64,000 nucleotides of DNA. Origin: Candidatus Omnitrophota bacterium (GTDB lineage: Bacteria; Omnitrophota; Gorgyraeia; DTHP01). Positions 20,562-29,196 of the stretch are shown here, piece after piece. Numbering within the stretch: position 1 is the stretch's first letter; every line of letters begins with the position of its first letter. Where the stretch lies: contig JAMWCW010000004.1 of assembly GCA_023819145.1 (NCBI GenBank), positions 9,935 to 73,934 on the forward strand. Direction: 5' to 3'. Under the pieces are notes generated by a model, which saw nothing but the letters and a program-made list of their open reading frames with translations, searched no databases and was not told the DNA's origin. Position numbers and translations under genes: made by a program.

Positions 20562-20590
20562 TTGACTAATATATATTTATAGAATAAAAT
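20562..20590 (+). promoter_or_regulatory. sigma70 promoter of rmuC operon (TTGACT-17-TAAAAT)
   Basis: -10 ends 7 nt before ATG 20598. Confidence 0.6.
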
Positions 20591-20597
20591 AGGTTAT

Positions 20598-21647
20598 ATG
20601 GGTATCTTATTATTTATAATAGCTACATTAATCTTATGTTTATTGTTTTATTTATTTTTCTTTTTGAGACGTTACCTAAATAAAGAAACAGAATTTATAA
20701 AAAAAGATACCGATGAGAAATTGAATCTCCTCGCTCGTCAATGGAGTGAGGTTTTAGACCGAAATACCCAACTAATCACTTCCCAGTTAAACAATCTCCA
20801 AAATCAAGTAACCCAAAATTTAATAAACACTTCAAACGTAGTAACTAACGTACATAAGACATTGGGTAAATTAGAAGAAGGGACAAAACAGATATTTGAA
20901 GTAGGTAAAGATATAGCCAGTTTCCAAGAATTACTCCGTCAGCCTAAGTTTAGAGGAGAGTTTGGGCAGTTTATGTTAGAAAACGTTTTAGAGCAGATTA
21001 TACCTAAAGAGTATTATATCTTGCAACATCGGTTTAGAAACGGAGAGATAGCAGACGCAGTGATAAAAATTGGAGGTAATTTGGTGGTTGTAGATGCAAA
21101 ATTTCCTTTGGAGAGTTTCAAAAGAATAGTGGAAGCAAAAGAAGAATCAGAAAAAATGCGTGCTCGTAAAGATTTTATTCGGGCGGTGAATAAACATATA
21201 GAAGATATTTCGAATAAATATATCCTTCCTGATGAAGGAACCTATGACTTTGCCTTACTTTACATTCCTGCAGAAAATGTCTATTACGAAACGATTATAA
21301 AAGATAATTTAGATAATGAAAAGAGTATTCGGGATTATGCTCTGAGTAAAAAGGTAATACCGGTGTCTCCCAATAGTTTCTATGCCTACCTGATGATAAT
21401 TTTACGAGGCCTAAAAGGGCTAACCATTGAGAAACAAGCTCAGGAAGTTTTAGACAATCTTGCCCGTTTAAGGAATGAGTTTGGAAAGTTTTGTGAAGAG
21501 TTTGAAAAAACTGGTGCGCATCTAAAAGACGCAAACAAAAGCTATGAACGTGCAGTGATAAATCTGGAGAAATTTGACGATAAATTTAAACAGGTTGAAT
21601 CTCCAATCTCTAATTCAGATAGAACCCTTCCTCATGCAAGAATATAG
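20598..21647 (+). CDS. rmuC: DNA recombination protein RmuC
   Basis: N-terminal TM, RGEFG, VVDAKFPL, DISNKYI, GTYDFALLYIPAE, PVSPNS. Confidence 0.92.
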   Translation: MGILLFIIATLILCLLFYLFFFLRRYLNKETEFIKKDTDEKLNLLARQWSEVLDRNTQLITSQLNNLQNQVTQNLINTSNVVTNVHKTLGKLEEGTKQIFEVGKDIASFQELLRQPKFRGEFGQFMLENVLEQIIPKEYYILQHRFRNGEIADAVIKIGGNLVVVDAKFPLESFKRIVEAKEESEKMRARKDFIRAVNKHIEDISNKYILPDEGTYDFALLYIPAENVYYETIIKDNLDNEKSIRDYALSKKVIPVSPNSFYAYLMIILRGLKGLTIEKQAQEVLDNLARLRNEFGKFCEEFEKTGAHLKDANKSYERAVINLEKFDDKFKQVESPISNSDRTLPHARI

Positions 21648-22251
21648 AAAAATTTATGAAGACAGATGGTTACTGATAGTTAATAAACCTCAAGGAATAT
21701 TAACCGCCCCTTTCAATCCGCAAGATAAAGATTCTCTACTTCAATTACTTAATAAGGAATACGAAAAACCTTTATTCCCCTGCCATCGCTTAGATAAAGA
21801 TACCTCAGGGCTGGTTATCTTTGCTAAGAGTAAAACAATACAAAAGAAAATTATGGGGCTATTCCGATCAAGAAAAATTAATAAAAAATATATAGGTGTT
21901 GTCCATGGTTGGATAGAGAAGGATAATGGAACAATTAAAAACTATCTATTCGACGGTTCAGATAAAAAAATCGCCATTACAAACTACAGAATAATATTGC
22001 GAAAGCCAGAGTACACGATATTAGAAATTGAACCTTTTACCGGAAGAAAGAATCAGATTCGTCTTCATTTTAAACAAATTGGACATCCTATAGTTGGAGA
22101 ACGAAAGTTTGTGTTTGCTCGAGATTATGACCTAAGGACAAAAAAATTACTTTTACATGCTGTGGAATTAAAATTTCCCCATCCCATAAATGGAAAAGAA
22201 CTAAAGTTATCTTCTCCTATACCAGAAGAAATTAAAAAATTTTTTCAATAA
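21634..22251 (+). CDS. RluA-family pseudouridine synthase
   Basis: VNKPQG, HRLDKDTSG, TGRKNQIRLH; start moved to 21634. Confidence 0.92.
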   Translation: MQEYRKIYEDRWLLIVNKPQGILTAPFNPQDKDSLLQLLNKEYEKPLFPCHRLDKDTSGLVIFAKSKTIQKKIMGLFRSRKINKKYIGVVHGWIEKDNGTIKNYLFDGSDKKIAITNYRIILRKPEYTILEIEPFTGRKNQIRLHFKQIGHPIVGERKFVFARDYDLRTKKLLLHAVELKFPHPINGKELKLSSPIPEEIKKFFQ

Positions 22252-22273
22252 TTTTATAATAAAGTAAGGGAGG

Positions 22274-22792
22274 ATGATGAATAAATTAAATTTATTTTTA
22301 ATCATTATTTTTGCCATGTTAAAAAATGCCTTTGCCATAGAAATAACCAGTAGCTCTTTCGAATCTAATGAGTTTATTCCACCAAAATTTACCTGCCAAG
22401 GTGAGAACATATCGCCACACCTTGCTTGGAAATATTTTCCCGAAGAGACAGAAAGTTTCGTGATTATCTGTGATGACCCCGATGCCCCATTTAAAACATG
22501 GGTTCACTGGGTAATATATGACATTCCTAAGGAAACTAATAAGCTTGATGCAGGAATTCCTCCTAAAGAAATATTAGATTTTGGAGCAAAACAAGGAATA
22601 AATGATTTTGGTAACATTGGCTATGGTGGGCCATGTCCTCCCCCTGGAAAACCTCATCGTTATTTTTTTAAAATCTTTGCCTTGAAAAAAAGGCTCAATC
22701 TTCCTCCTGGTTTAGACAAGGAAAGTGTTCTTAAAGCGATGGAAGGGAATATTATTGAAGAAGCAGAATTGGTAGGTAAATATAAGAGATAG
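22274..22792 (+). CDS. YbhB/YbcL (PEBP, Raf-kinase-inhibitor-like) protein
   Basis: DDPDAP, WVHWVI, GYGGPCPP, HRYFF. Confidence 0.93.
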   Translation: MMNKLNLFLIIIFAMLKNAFAIEITSSSFESNEFIPPKFTCQGENISPHLAWKYFPEETESFVIICDDPDAPFKTWVHWVIYDIPKETNKLDAGIPPKEILDFGAKQGINDFGNIGYGGPCPPPGKPHRYFFKIFALKKRLNLPPGLDKESVLKAMEGNIIEEAELVGKYKR

Positions 22793-23562
22793 ATGTATAA
22801 AATAATCCTTTTGGGAGTTATTCAGGGTATAACCGAGTTTCTACCCATCAGCAGTTCTGGACATTTAATTATTTTCTCATGGTTATTTAAAGAAAAAATT
22901 TCTTTAAGTTCAGTGGTATTTTTCCATGCAGGAACTTTGCTAGCTCTTCTGTGATTAAAGGAGGAATATCTTTTTTAAGAAATAAAAACATTAACAAATC
23001 AGAGGAAGGGAAGATATTCTGGCTAATTATACTGGCTACAATTCCCGCAGCAATCTTTGGAAAATTATTTGAAACAGAAGTAGAAAAAATATTCTATAAA
23101 CCTTTACTAGTGGCATTAAATATCGGTGGTTTTGCGGTTCTATTCTATTTTATTGATAAATTTAGCAAAAAAAATAAAAATATCGCTGAGCTTAATATTT
23201 CCCAAGTATTGTTCATTGGGATAACACAGACATTTGCAATTATTCCAGGTATTTCTCGCTCAGGTATAACTATAGTAGGTGGCCTTCTTATGGGCATGAA
23301 CAGAGAAAACGCTGTAAAGTTTTCTTTTTTTCTTTCCTTTCCTATAATTCTTGGTTCGGTCATATTAAAATCGCACGATATTCTACATGATTTCTCTTGC
23401 TATTTATCTAACCAACATGGTTTAGCGTTTATCTCCTCCTGCATTTCTAGTATATTAGCAATAGATTTTCTAATTAGATTCGTGAAACATCACACTTTTA
23501 AGATATTTATAGCCTATCGTATCCTGTTTTCTCTTTTAATTATGAGCATAATTTTGATATAA
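22793..23562 (+). pseudogene. uppP: Undecaprenyl-diphosphate phosphatase UppP/BacA, frameshifted into 53-aa and 203-aa pieces
   Basis: ATG 22793 gives [25 protein letters not shown]...HAGTLLALL then TGA at 22952-22954; the rest (PGISRSG, FSFFLS, FIAYR) is in the -1 frame from GTG 22951. Confidence 0.85.
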
Positions 23563-23579
23563 TTAATAACAAAAAAATT

Positions 23580-24671
23580 ATGAAAAATTCTTCTCGTAAG
23601 AATAAAATCATACATCGGGAAAAAATTTACGGAGTGGATATCGGAAAGAGTGGAGTAAAAATTGCTCTTCTTTTCAAGAATCAAGAAAAAAACATTATGT
23701 TAGAGAATTTAACTTACCAAGATTTTCCAATATACATAGATTCTTTGAAAAACACGACCGTCGTCCAAACAATTCGCGAAGCAATAAGCAAACTGGAAGT
23801 AGAAACAGAAAGAATAAAAGCGGTAGTCAATCTTTACGGAACAGAACCTGTAATAAAATTTCTCACCCTCCCCCATATGCCTGAAGATGAGCTTAATAAG
23901 ACTATAAGATGGCAGGCGCAAAAACATATCATATACGATTTAGAAAAAATGATTATAGATTATGCTATATTAAACACGTTTGAGGAAATGGGCGTAAAAA
24001 AAATCAGTTTAGTTTTAGCTGCAACAATGAAAGAAACAATAATCAATCAATTAGAGATATTGAAAGAAGCAAATATTGAACCTGTGGCTATAGATGTGGA
24101 TTGTTTAGCACAGTTTTATTTAGCAAGAGAAAAAGGAATCCTTAATACTACTGATAGCGTATGCATCTTAGATATTGGAGCTAAAAATGCAGTAATACAG
24201 ATTATAGACAATGGTATTCCACGTTTTAGAAGAGAATGCATAAACATTGGGGCTTCAGAAATCAACAAAGCGATCAAAGAAACTCTTAAAGTCAGTTGGG
24301 AAGATGCAGAAAAAATAAAAAGAGAATTTTCTTTAAGTTCTCTAGAAATGGAAAACAATGGAGAAGATAAAGTTAAAGGTATAATAAAGAAGGTTATAGA
24401 AGATGCAATAATTGAAATAAAACGTTCATTAGATTATTATATTGATATCTCCCCGCAAAAGAGTGTGGAATGTATATTCCTTACTGGTGGAGGAGCTCTC
24501 CTTGGCCATCTCGACCTTTATCTTAAACAACAATTGGGCATTAAAGTAGAGAAACTAGACCCCTTTAAAGATGTGGTATTCTCTGAAAAGATTAAAGATA
24601 TAAAATACGCACAGAATAATTCATTGCGTTTTGTAACGGCAATGGGCTTAGCTTTGGAGGCGATTTTATAA
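23580..24671 (+). CDS. pilM: Type IV pilus assembly protein PilM
   Basis: Actin-like fold: GVDIG, LDIGAK, LTGGGA, AMGLAL. Confidence 0.9.
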   Translation: MKNSSRKNKIIHREKIYGVDIGKSGVKIALLFKNQEKNIMLENLTYQDFPIYIDSLKNTTVVQTIREAISKLEVETERIKAVVNLYGTEPVIKFLTLPHMPEDELNKTIRWQAQKHIIYDLEKMIIDYAILNTFEEMGVKKISLVLAATMKETIINQLEILKEANIEPVAIDVDCLAQFYLAREKGILNTTDSVCILDIGAKNAVIQIIDNGIPRFRRECINIGASEINKAIKETLKVSWEDAEKIKREFSLSSLEMENNGEDKVKGIIKKVIEDAIIEIKRSLDYYIDISPQKSVECIFLTGGGALLGHLDLYLKQQLGIKVEKLDPFKDVVFSEKIKDIKYAQNNSLRFVTAMGLALEAIL

Positions 24672-25286
24672 ATGAAAACAAAACTGAATCTCTTGCCTAA
24701 GGACTTAATAAAGAAAGAAAGAAAAGAACAAGAAAGACTAAATTTAAACCAATTTAAGATTATTATTGTAATTTTCATACTTCTTCTTTCCTGGAAATCA
24801 CTCGCCTTTGGTATCCTATTGAAGATCAAATCAACCACCAATAGAAAAACAAAAGAAATCGTGAAACTAGACCAAAAAATTGCTACCCTAAAGATGTCTG
24901 CAGAGGCTGAGCTAAAAACCAAAGAGGACAAACTAAATCTGTTAAAAGACCAGCTTGCTATTAAAGAAGAGGAGGTTAAGAATTTGGAGCCAATTAGGCA
25001 ACTCATCTCACAAAAAGAAAAATTTGTTTATAATTTACTGAAAGCAATTGCAGATTATATTCCTGAGGAAGTATGGTTAGAGGAGTTTGGTTTCGAACGA
25101 GAAGAAAACAACTGTTTTTTAAAAGGATGTGGATTATCCCATAATAAAATCGCAGTGTTTTTATCCAAAATAAACCAATTGCCCTATTTTAAAGAACTAT
25201 ACCTAAAGCAATCCGAGAGAATATTTGATGAAAAATTTGAAAAGGATATAGTCCGTTTCGAAATAATTGGTAAATTGAATTTATAA
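24672..25286 (+). CDS. pilN: PilN-like protein
   Basis: LNLLP N-terminal motif, TM, coiled coil, IPEEVWL. Confidence 0.85.
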   Translation: MKTKLNLLPKDLIKKERKEQERLNLNQFKIIIVIFILLLSWKSLAFGILLKIKSTTNRKTKEIVKLDQKIATLKMSAEAELKTKEDKLNLLKDQLAIKEEEVKNLEPIRQLISQKEKFVYNLLKAIADYIPEEVWLEEFGFEREENNCFLKGCGLSHNKIAVFLSKINQLPYFKELYLKQSERIFDEKFEKDIVRFEIIGKLNL

Positions 25287-25287
25287 A

Positions 25288-25890
25288 ATGTTTAAAATAA
25301 ACATCAATAATATCAGTAGAGGTAGTGGTTTATTAAAATCTAAGCGAGAAATGTATCTATTAGCATTGTTTATCTTTATAATTTTCTTACGACTCTTTGT
25401 GCCGGGGGATCTCAAAAAGATTAAAAACGCTAATCTGGAAAATTTAGCAAAACAAGAAGAACTAAACCGTAAAAAGACTGAATTTTTTTCTATCGAGAGT
25501 CTGCTTAAAGACCAGCAGAGATACGAAGAAGAATACAACCAGATATCAAAAGTTTCAGAATCTTTAGACAAGCAAATAGCCGAATCTAAAAATGCTTTGG
25601 TAGCCAAAGAAAAGGTGGCAGAGATTCTAAATGAGCTTACTTCCATTACAAAATCCGGTGATATAGAATTTATTTTGATAACTACGGCCCCTATGGTAAA
25701 ATATGAAAAATATGACGCGTTGTCAATCAAGATGAAAATAAATGCAAGATATTCTAACCTTATGTCTTATATAAAAAGTTTAGAATCGCTTCCTTTTCTA
25801 TTAGATATTAAAAGGTTAACTGTCAGTTCACCTAAGGCGAATGGATTTATACTTGCAGAAACCGAACTTGTCATGTATGTTAGTAAATAG
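25288..25890 (+). CDS. pilO: PilO-like protein
   Basis: TM, coiled coil, YSNLMSYIKSLESLP; operon position. Confidence 0.8.
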   Translation: MFKININNISRGSGLLKSKREMYLLALFIFIIFLRLFVPGDLKKIKNANLENLAKQEELNRKKTEFFSIESLLKDQQRYEEEYNQISKVSESLDKQIAESKNALVAKEKVAEILNELTSITKSGDIEFILITTAPMVKYEKYDALSIKMKINARYSNLMSYIKSLESLPFLLDIKRLTVSSPKANGFILAETELVMYVSK

Positions 25891-26257
25891 AAGAATTTTA
25901 TTTATATTTCTACTTTTTTATTATTTATTGTCTCTTAAAAAAGTTCTATCCGAAGAAATAACGACGTTACGAAACCCCTTTGAATCGTGGTTTTTTATAA
26001 AGGAAAGAGAAGAAAGAAAACTCAAAGAAAAAGAAATGGCTATCCAAGAACCATTTAAGCAACGCAGAGACATCAAACTGCAGCTTAAGGGTATTTTAAC
26101 GGGTAAGCGTAATTTAGCTATAATTAACGAAGAGATTCTGGGAGAAGGAGAAATTATCGAGGGTAAAAAAGTATTAAGAATAGAAAAGAAAAAAGTTGTT
26201 CTCCAAGGAATACAGGAAAAAGAAGAGGTTATTCTGGAGTTAGCCGATGAATTTTAG
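25877..26257 (+). CDS. PilP/GspC-like protein
   Basis: LRNPF, LKGIL...AIIN...GEII pattern; between pilO and secretin; start moved to 25877. Confidence 0.7.
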   Translation: MLVNRRILFIFLLFYYLLSLKKVLSEEITTLRNPFESWFFIKEREERKLKEKEMAIQEPFKQRRDIKLQLKGILTGKRNLAIINEEILGEGEIIEGKKVLRIEKKKVVLQGIQEKEEVILELADEF

Positions 26258-27989
26258 ATATATAAAAATATCAGCGGTTTTTATTTCAGTTTTAATCTTT
26301 GGTTTTCTAAGAAACACAAACGCTTCTTTAGAAACTAAGATAATTCTCGTAGATATCCAGAATAAACTGATTGCGATAGATAGGGGAAGTATCGATGGTT
26401 TAGAAGAGAAGACTTTTTTCTATGCCTATCGTCAAAACAAGTTTGTAGGAGAACTTATCATTTTTAAAACCTCTCGCCAGGTAGCTATTTGCGAAATTAG
26501 AAGCCTAGAAAAAGGAATAGATTTTAAAGTCAATGATACGTTAACCTTACTCAATCCTCAAGAAAAAGTACAGCTGGATAAAGAAAGAGTATCAAGCGTT
26601 TCAACATTAGAGAATCAACAGAGGCTTAGTGCACAAGAACTAGCTAATGAAGAGGCAAAAAAAAGGGAAATAGAAGAAGTGTTGCTTAAAGAAAAAGCAC
26701 GAGGGATTGCAGAGGTAGTAAAATCAGAAAAAGAATTACAGAAGATCAAAGAAGAAGCAGAAACAATTGTCAAAGAAGTAATCGAAGAAAAGAAAAAAGC
26801 AAAGAGAATAATTTCTTTTGATTTTAGAGATGTAGATATAAGAAATATCATCAAAAGTATTGCCCGCGAGGCAGATGTAAATATTGTAACACCACCAGAT
26901 TTACCTTCTCTTCCCATTACGATAAATCTTAAAGATGTAGATATGGAGAGTGCGCTGGATACTATCCTCCGTATGGTTGATTATACGTTTATAAAAGAAG
27001 ATAACCTCTATAAAGTTGTTAAAGTAGAATTAGCAGAAAAGAAAACCACCTCTAAAACTTTTACCCCCCTTTATATTCAAGTAGATAAGTTAAAGACTTT
27101 AATCAGTGATGGTGGTTTACTTTCTTCTGAGGGAAAAGTAGTAGTCGACAGCCGTTCAAATAAGATGGTAGTCATAGATGTCATCTCCAATCTAAATAAG
27201 ATTGAAGAACTCGTTACACAGGTAGATGTAAAACCGAGACAAGTTAACATTGAGGCAAAGATCTTAGATGTTTCTTTAACGGATACCGAAACTTTGGGAA
27301 TAGAATGGACCTGGGTAAAGCCAAGAAGCGGAGCTTCTACAAGTGATAAGCTTACCTCGGGATTTACTATTGATTCCACTTCGGGAATAGGAAAAGGATT
27401 TTTTAAATATGGAACCTTAAATGCGGAAGAGATTGCCATGGTTTTAGAAGCACTTATGAAGCGTGAACACGCTAATATCCTTTCTAAACCTACCATTACC
27501 ACTTTAAATAATGAAGAGGCCAAAATAAATGTTACTTCAAAGATTCCTTATCAAACCGGAACGACTACTACTGAGACCACCGGAGGGGTAACTACTACAA
27601 CGGTTAGTTGGGAAGAAAAAGAAGTGGGCGTAACTCTCTCAGTTACTCCTTATATCTGCGAAACGGGAGATATTATTATGAAAATTGAGCCTACGGCAAG
27701 TTTATTACAAGGATATACTTCCGATGACCCTGCGACTCGCTATCCGTTGATTATGTCACGTTCCGCTACTACCCAGGTAATGGTTAAAGACGGAGAGACC
27801 TTAGTCATTGGAGGGTTGATCACTCAAGAGTTGAGAGATACAAAGACAGGTATCCCCATCTTAAGCGACATTCCCTTACTGGGCATACCCTTTCAAAAAA
27901 GGAGTAAAGAGTTAAAAAATACGGAGCTAATAATTTTCATTACACCCCACATAGTGCCTTCAGAGGAGGAGGTGAAACCGAAAGGATAA
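26247..27989 (+). CDS. pilQ: Secretin (PilQ/GspD family) with an extra N-terminal domain
   Basis: ISFDFRDVDI (STN), VDSRSNK, QVNIEAKI, VKDGETLVIGGL, IPLLG, ELIIFITPHI. Confidence 0.88.
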   Translation: MNFRYIKISAVFISVLIFGFLRNTNASLETKIILVDIQNKLIAIDRGSIDGLEEKTFFYAYRQNKFVGELIIFKTSRQVAICEIRSLEKGIDFKVNDTLTLLNPQEKVQLDKERVSSVSTLENQQRLSAQELANEEAKKREIEEVLLKEKARGIAEVVKSEKELQKIKEEAETIVKEVIEEKKKAKRIISFDFRDVDIRNIIKSIAREADVNIVTPPDLPSLPITINLKDVDMESALDTILRMVDYTFIKEDNLYKVVKVELAEKKTTSKTFTPLYIQVDKLKTLISDGGLLSSEGKVVVDSRSNKMVVIDVISNLNKIEELVTQVDVKPRQVNIEAKILDVSLTDTETLGIEWTWVKPRSGASTSDKLTSGFTIDSTSGIGKGFFKYGTLNAEEIAMVLEALMKREHANILSKPTITTLNNEEAKINVTSKIPYQTGTTTTETTGGVTTTTVSWEEKEVGVTLSVTPYICETGDIIMKIEPTASLLQGYTSDDPATRYPLIMSRSATTQVMVKDGETLVIGGLITQELRDTKTGIPILSDIPLLGIPFQKRSKELKNTELIIFITPHIVPSEEEVKPKG

Positions 27990-27992
27990 ATC

Positions 27993-29153
27993 ATGGGAGA
28001 ATGGATTGGTATTGGTAAAAAAGCGCGGCGTTGTTACGGCTTTGACGAAGTAGCGTTGGTGCCAGGAAAGATAACTATAAATCCTGAAGAAGTTGACACT
28101 TCTTGGCGATTAGGTTCTATGTGCTTTAAAGTTCCCATAATTGCTGCTGCCATGGATGGAGTAGTAGATGTAAAATTTAGTATCACCATGGGTAAATTGG
28201 GAGGGTTAGCAGTTCTTAATCTTGAAGGAGTACAGACGCGTTACAATAATCCCGACCGTGTATTAAAAAGAATTGCCGAAGCAAGTCCTGAAGAAGCTAC
28301 TCATCTGGTACAGAGTATTTATCGTGAACCGATTAAAGAAAAACTGATTGAAAAAAGAATTAAAGAGATAAAAAAAGCAAGAGTCCCCTGTGCGGTATCG
28401 AGTATTCCTCAAAGGGCCAAGAAATTTGGGAAAATTGCTTATGATTCAGGAGTAGATATATTTGTAGTTCAGTCTACAGTAGCAACCTTAAAACACATTG
28501 CTAATCAATATGAAATTCTTGATTATGCAGACTTCTGTAGAAAAATGAGAATTCCGGTAGTCATAGGAAACTGTGTTACCTATGAGACTACCTTAGAATT
28601 AATGATGGCGGGAGCAGCTGCCATCCTTGTAGGAATTGGTCCCGGTGCAGCATGCACTACAAGAGGAGTTTTGGGAATTGGTGTCCCTCAAGTTACCGCC
28701 ACAATAGACTGCGCAGCGGCGAGAGACTTTTATTATAAGAAAACAAAAAAATATATCCCCATTATCACAGACGGGGGTATGCGTACTGGAGGAGATATTT
28801 GTAAAGCATTTGCCTGCGGAGCAGATGCAGTGATGGTTGGTTCTGCTTTTGCTCGGGCGAAAGAAGCTCCCGGGCGAGGTTACCATTGGGGCATGGCGAC
28901 TCCTCATCTCAATCTTCCGCGAGGAACGAGAATCTATGTAGGTACAGCGGGAAATCTTGAAGAAATTCTCTTTGGCCCGGCTAAGATAGACGACGGTTCA
29001 CAGAACCTTGTAGGAGCTCTAGCAACTGCTATGGGTTCATTGGGAGCAAAGAATATAAAAGAAATGCATCGGGCAGAAATAATTATTGCACCCTCTATAC
29101 AAACCGAAGGAAAACTCCTTCAACGCATCCAACGTGTAGGTATGGGAAAATAA
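27993..29153 (+). CDS. GuaB3-family IMP dehydrogenase-related protein
   Basis: YGFDEVALVP, AAMDGV, GIGPGAACTTR, no CBS domains. Confidence 0.92.
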   Translation: MGEWIGIGKKARRCYGFDEVALVPGKITINPEEVDTSWRLGSMCFKVPIIAAAMDGVVDVKFSITMGKLGGLAVLNLEGVQTRYNNPDRVLKRIAEASPEEATHLVQSIYREPIKEKLIEKRIKEIKKARVPCAVSSIPQRAKKFGKIAYDSGVDIFVVQSTVATLKHIANQYEILDYADFCRKMRIPVVIGNCVTYETTLELMMAGAAAILVGIGPGAACTTRGVLGIGVPQVTATIDCAAARDFYYKKTKKYIPIITDGGMRTGGDICKAFACGADAVMVGSAFARAKEAPGRGYHWGMATPHLNLPRGTRIYVGTAGNLEEILFGPAKIDDGSQNLVGALATAMGSLGAKNIKEMHRAEIIIAPSIQTEGKLLQRIQRVGMGK

Positions 29154-29196
29154 ACTACTACAGATTAAACAACATAAAAGATGACATTACACCAAA

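Noticed and set aside
22952-22954. TGA recoding (Sec/Gly/Trp) in uppP or the M16 gene
   Set aside because: The downstream homology is in a different frame, and TGA is used as a normal stop elsewhere in the window (e.g. ATGA overlaps).
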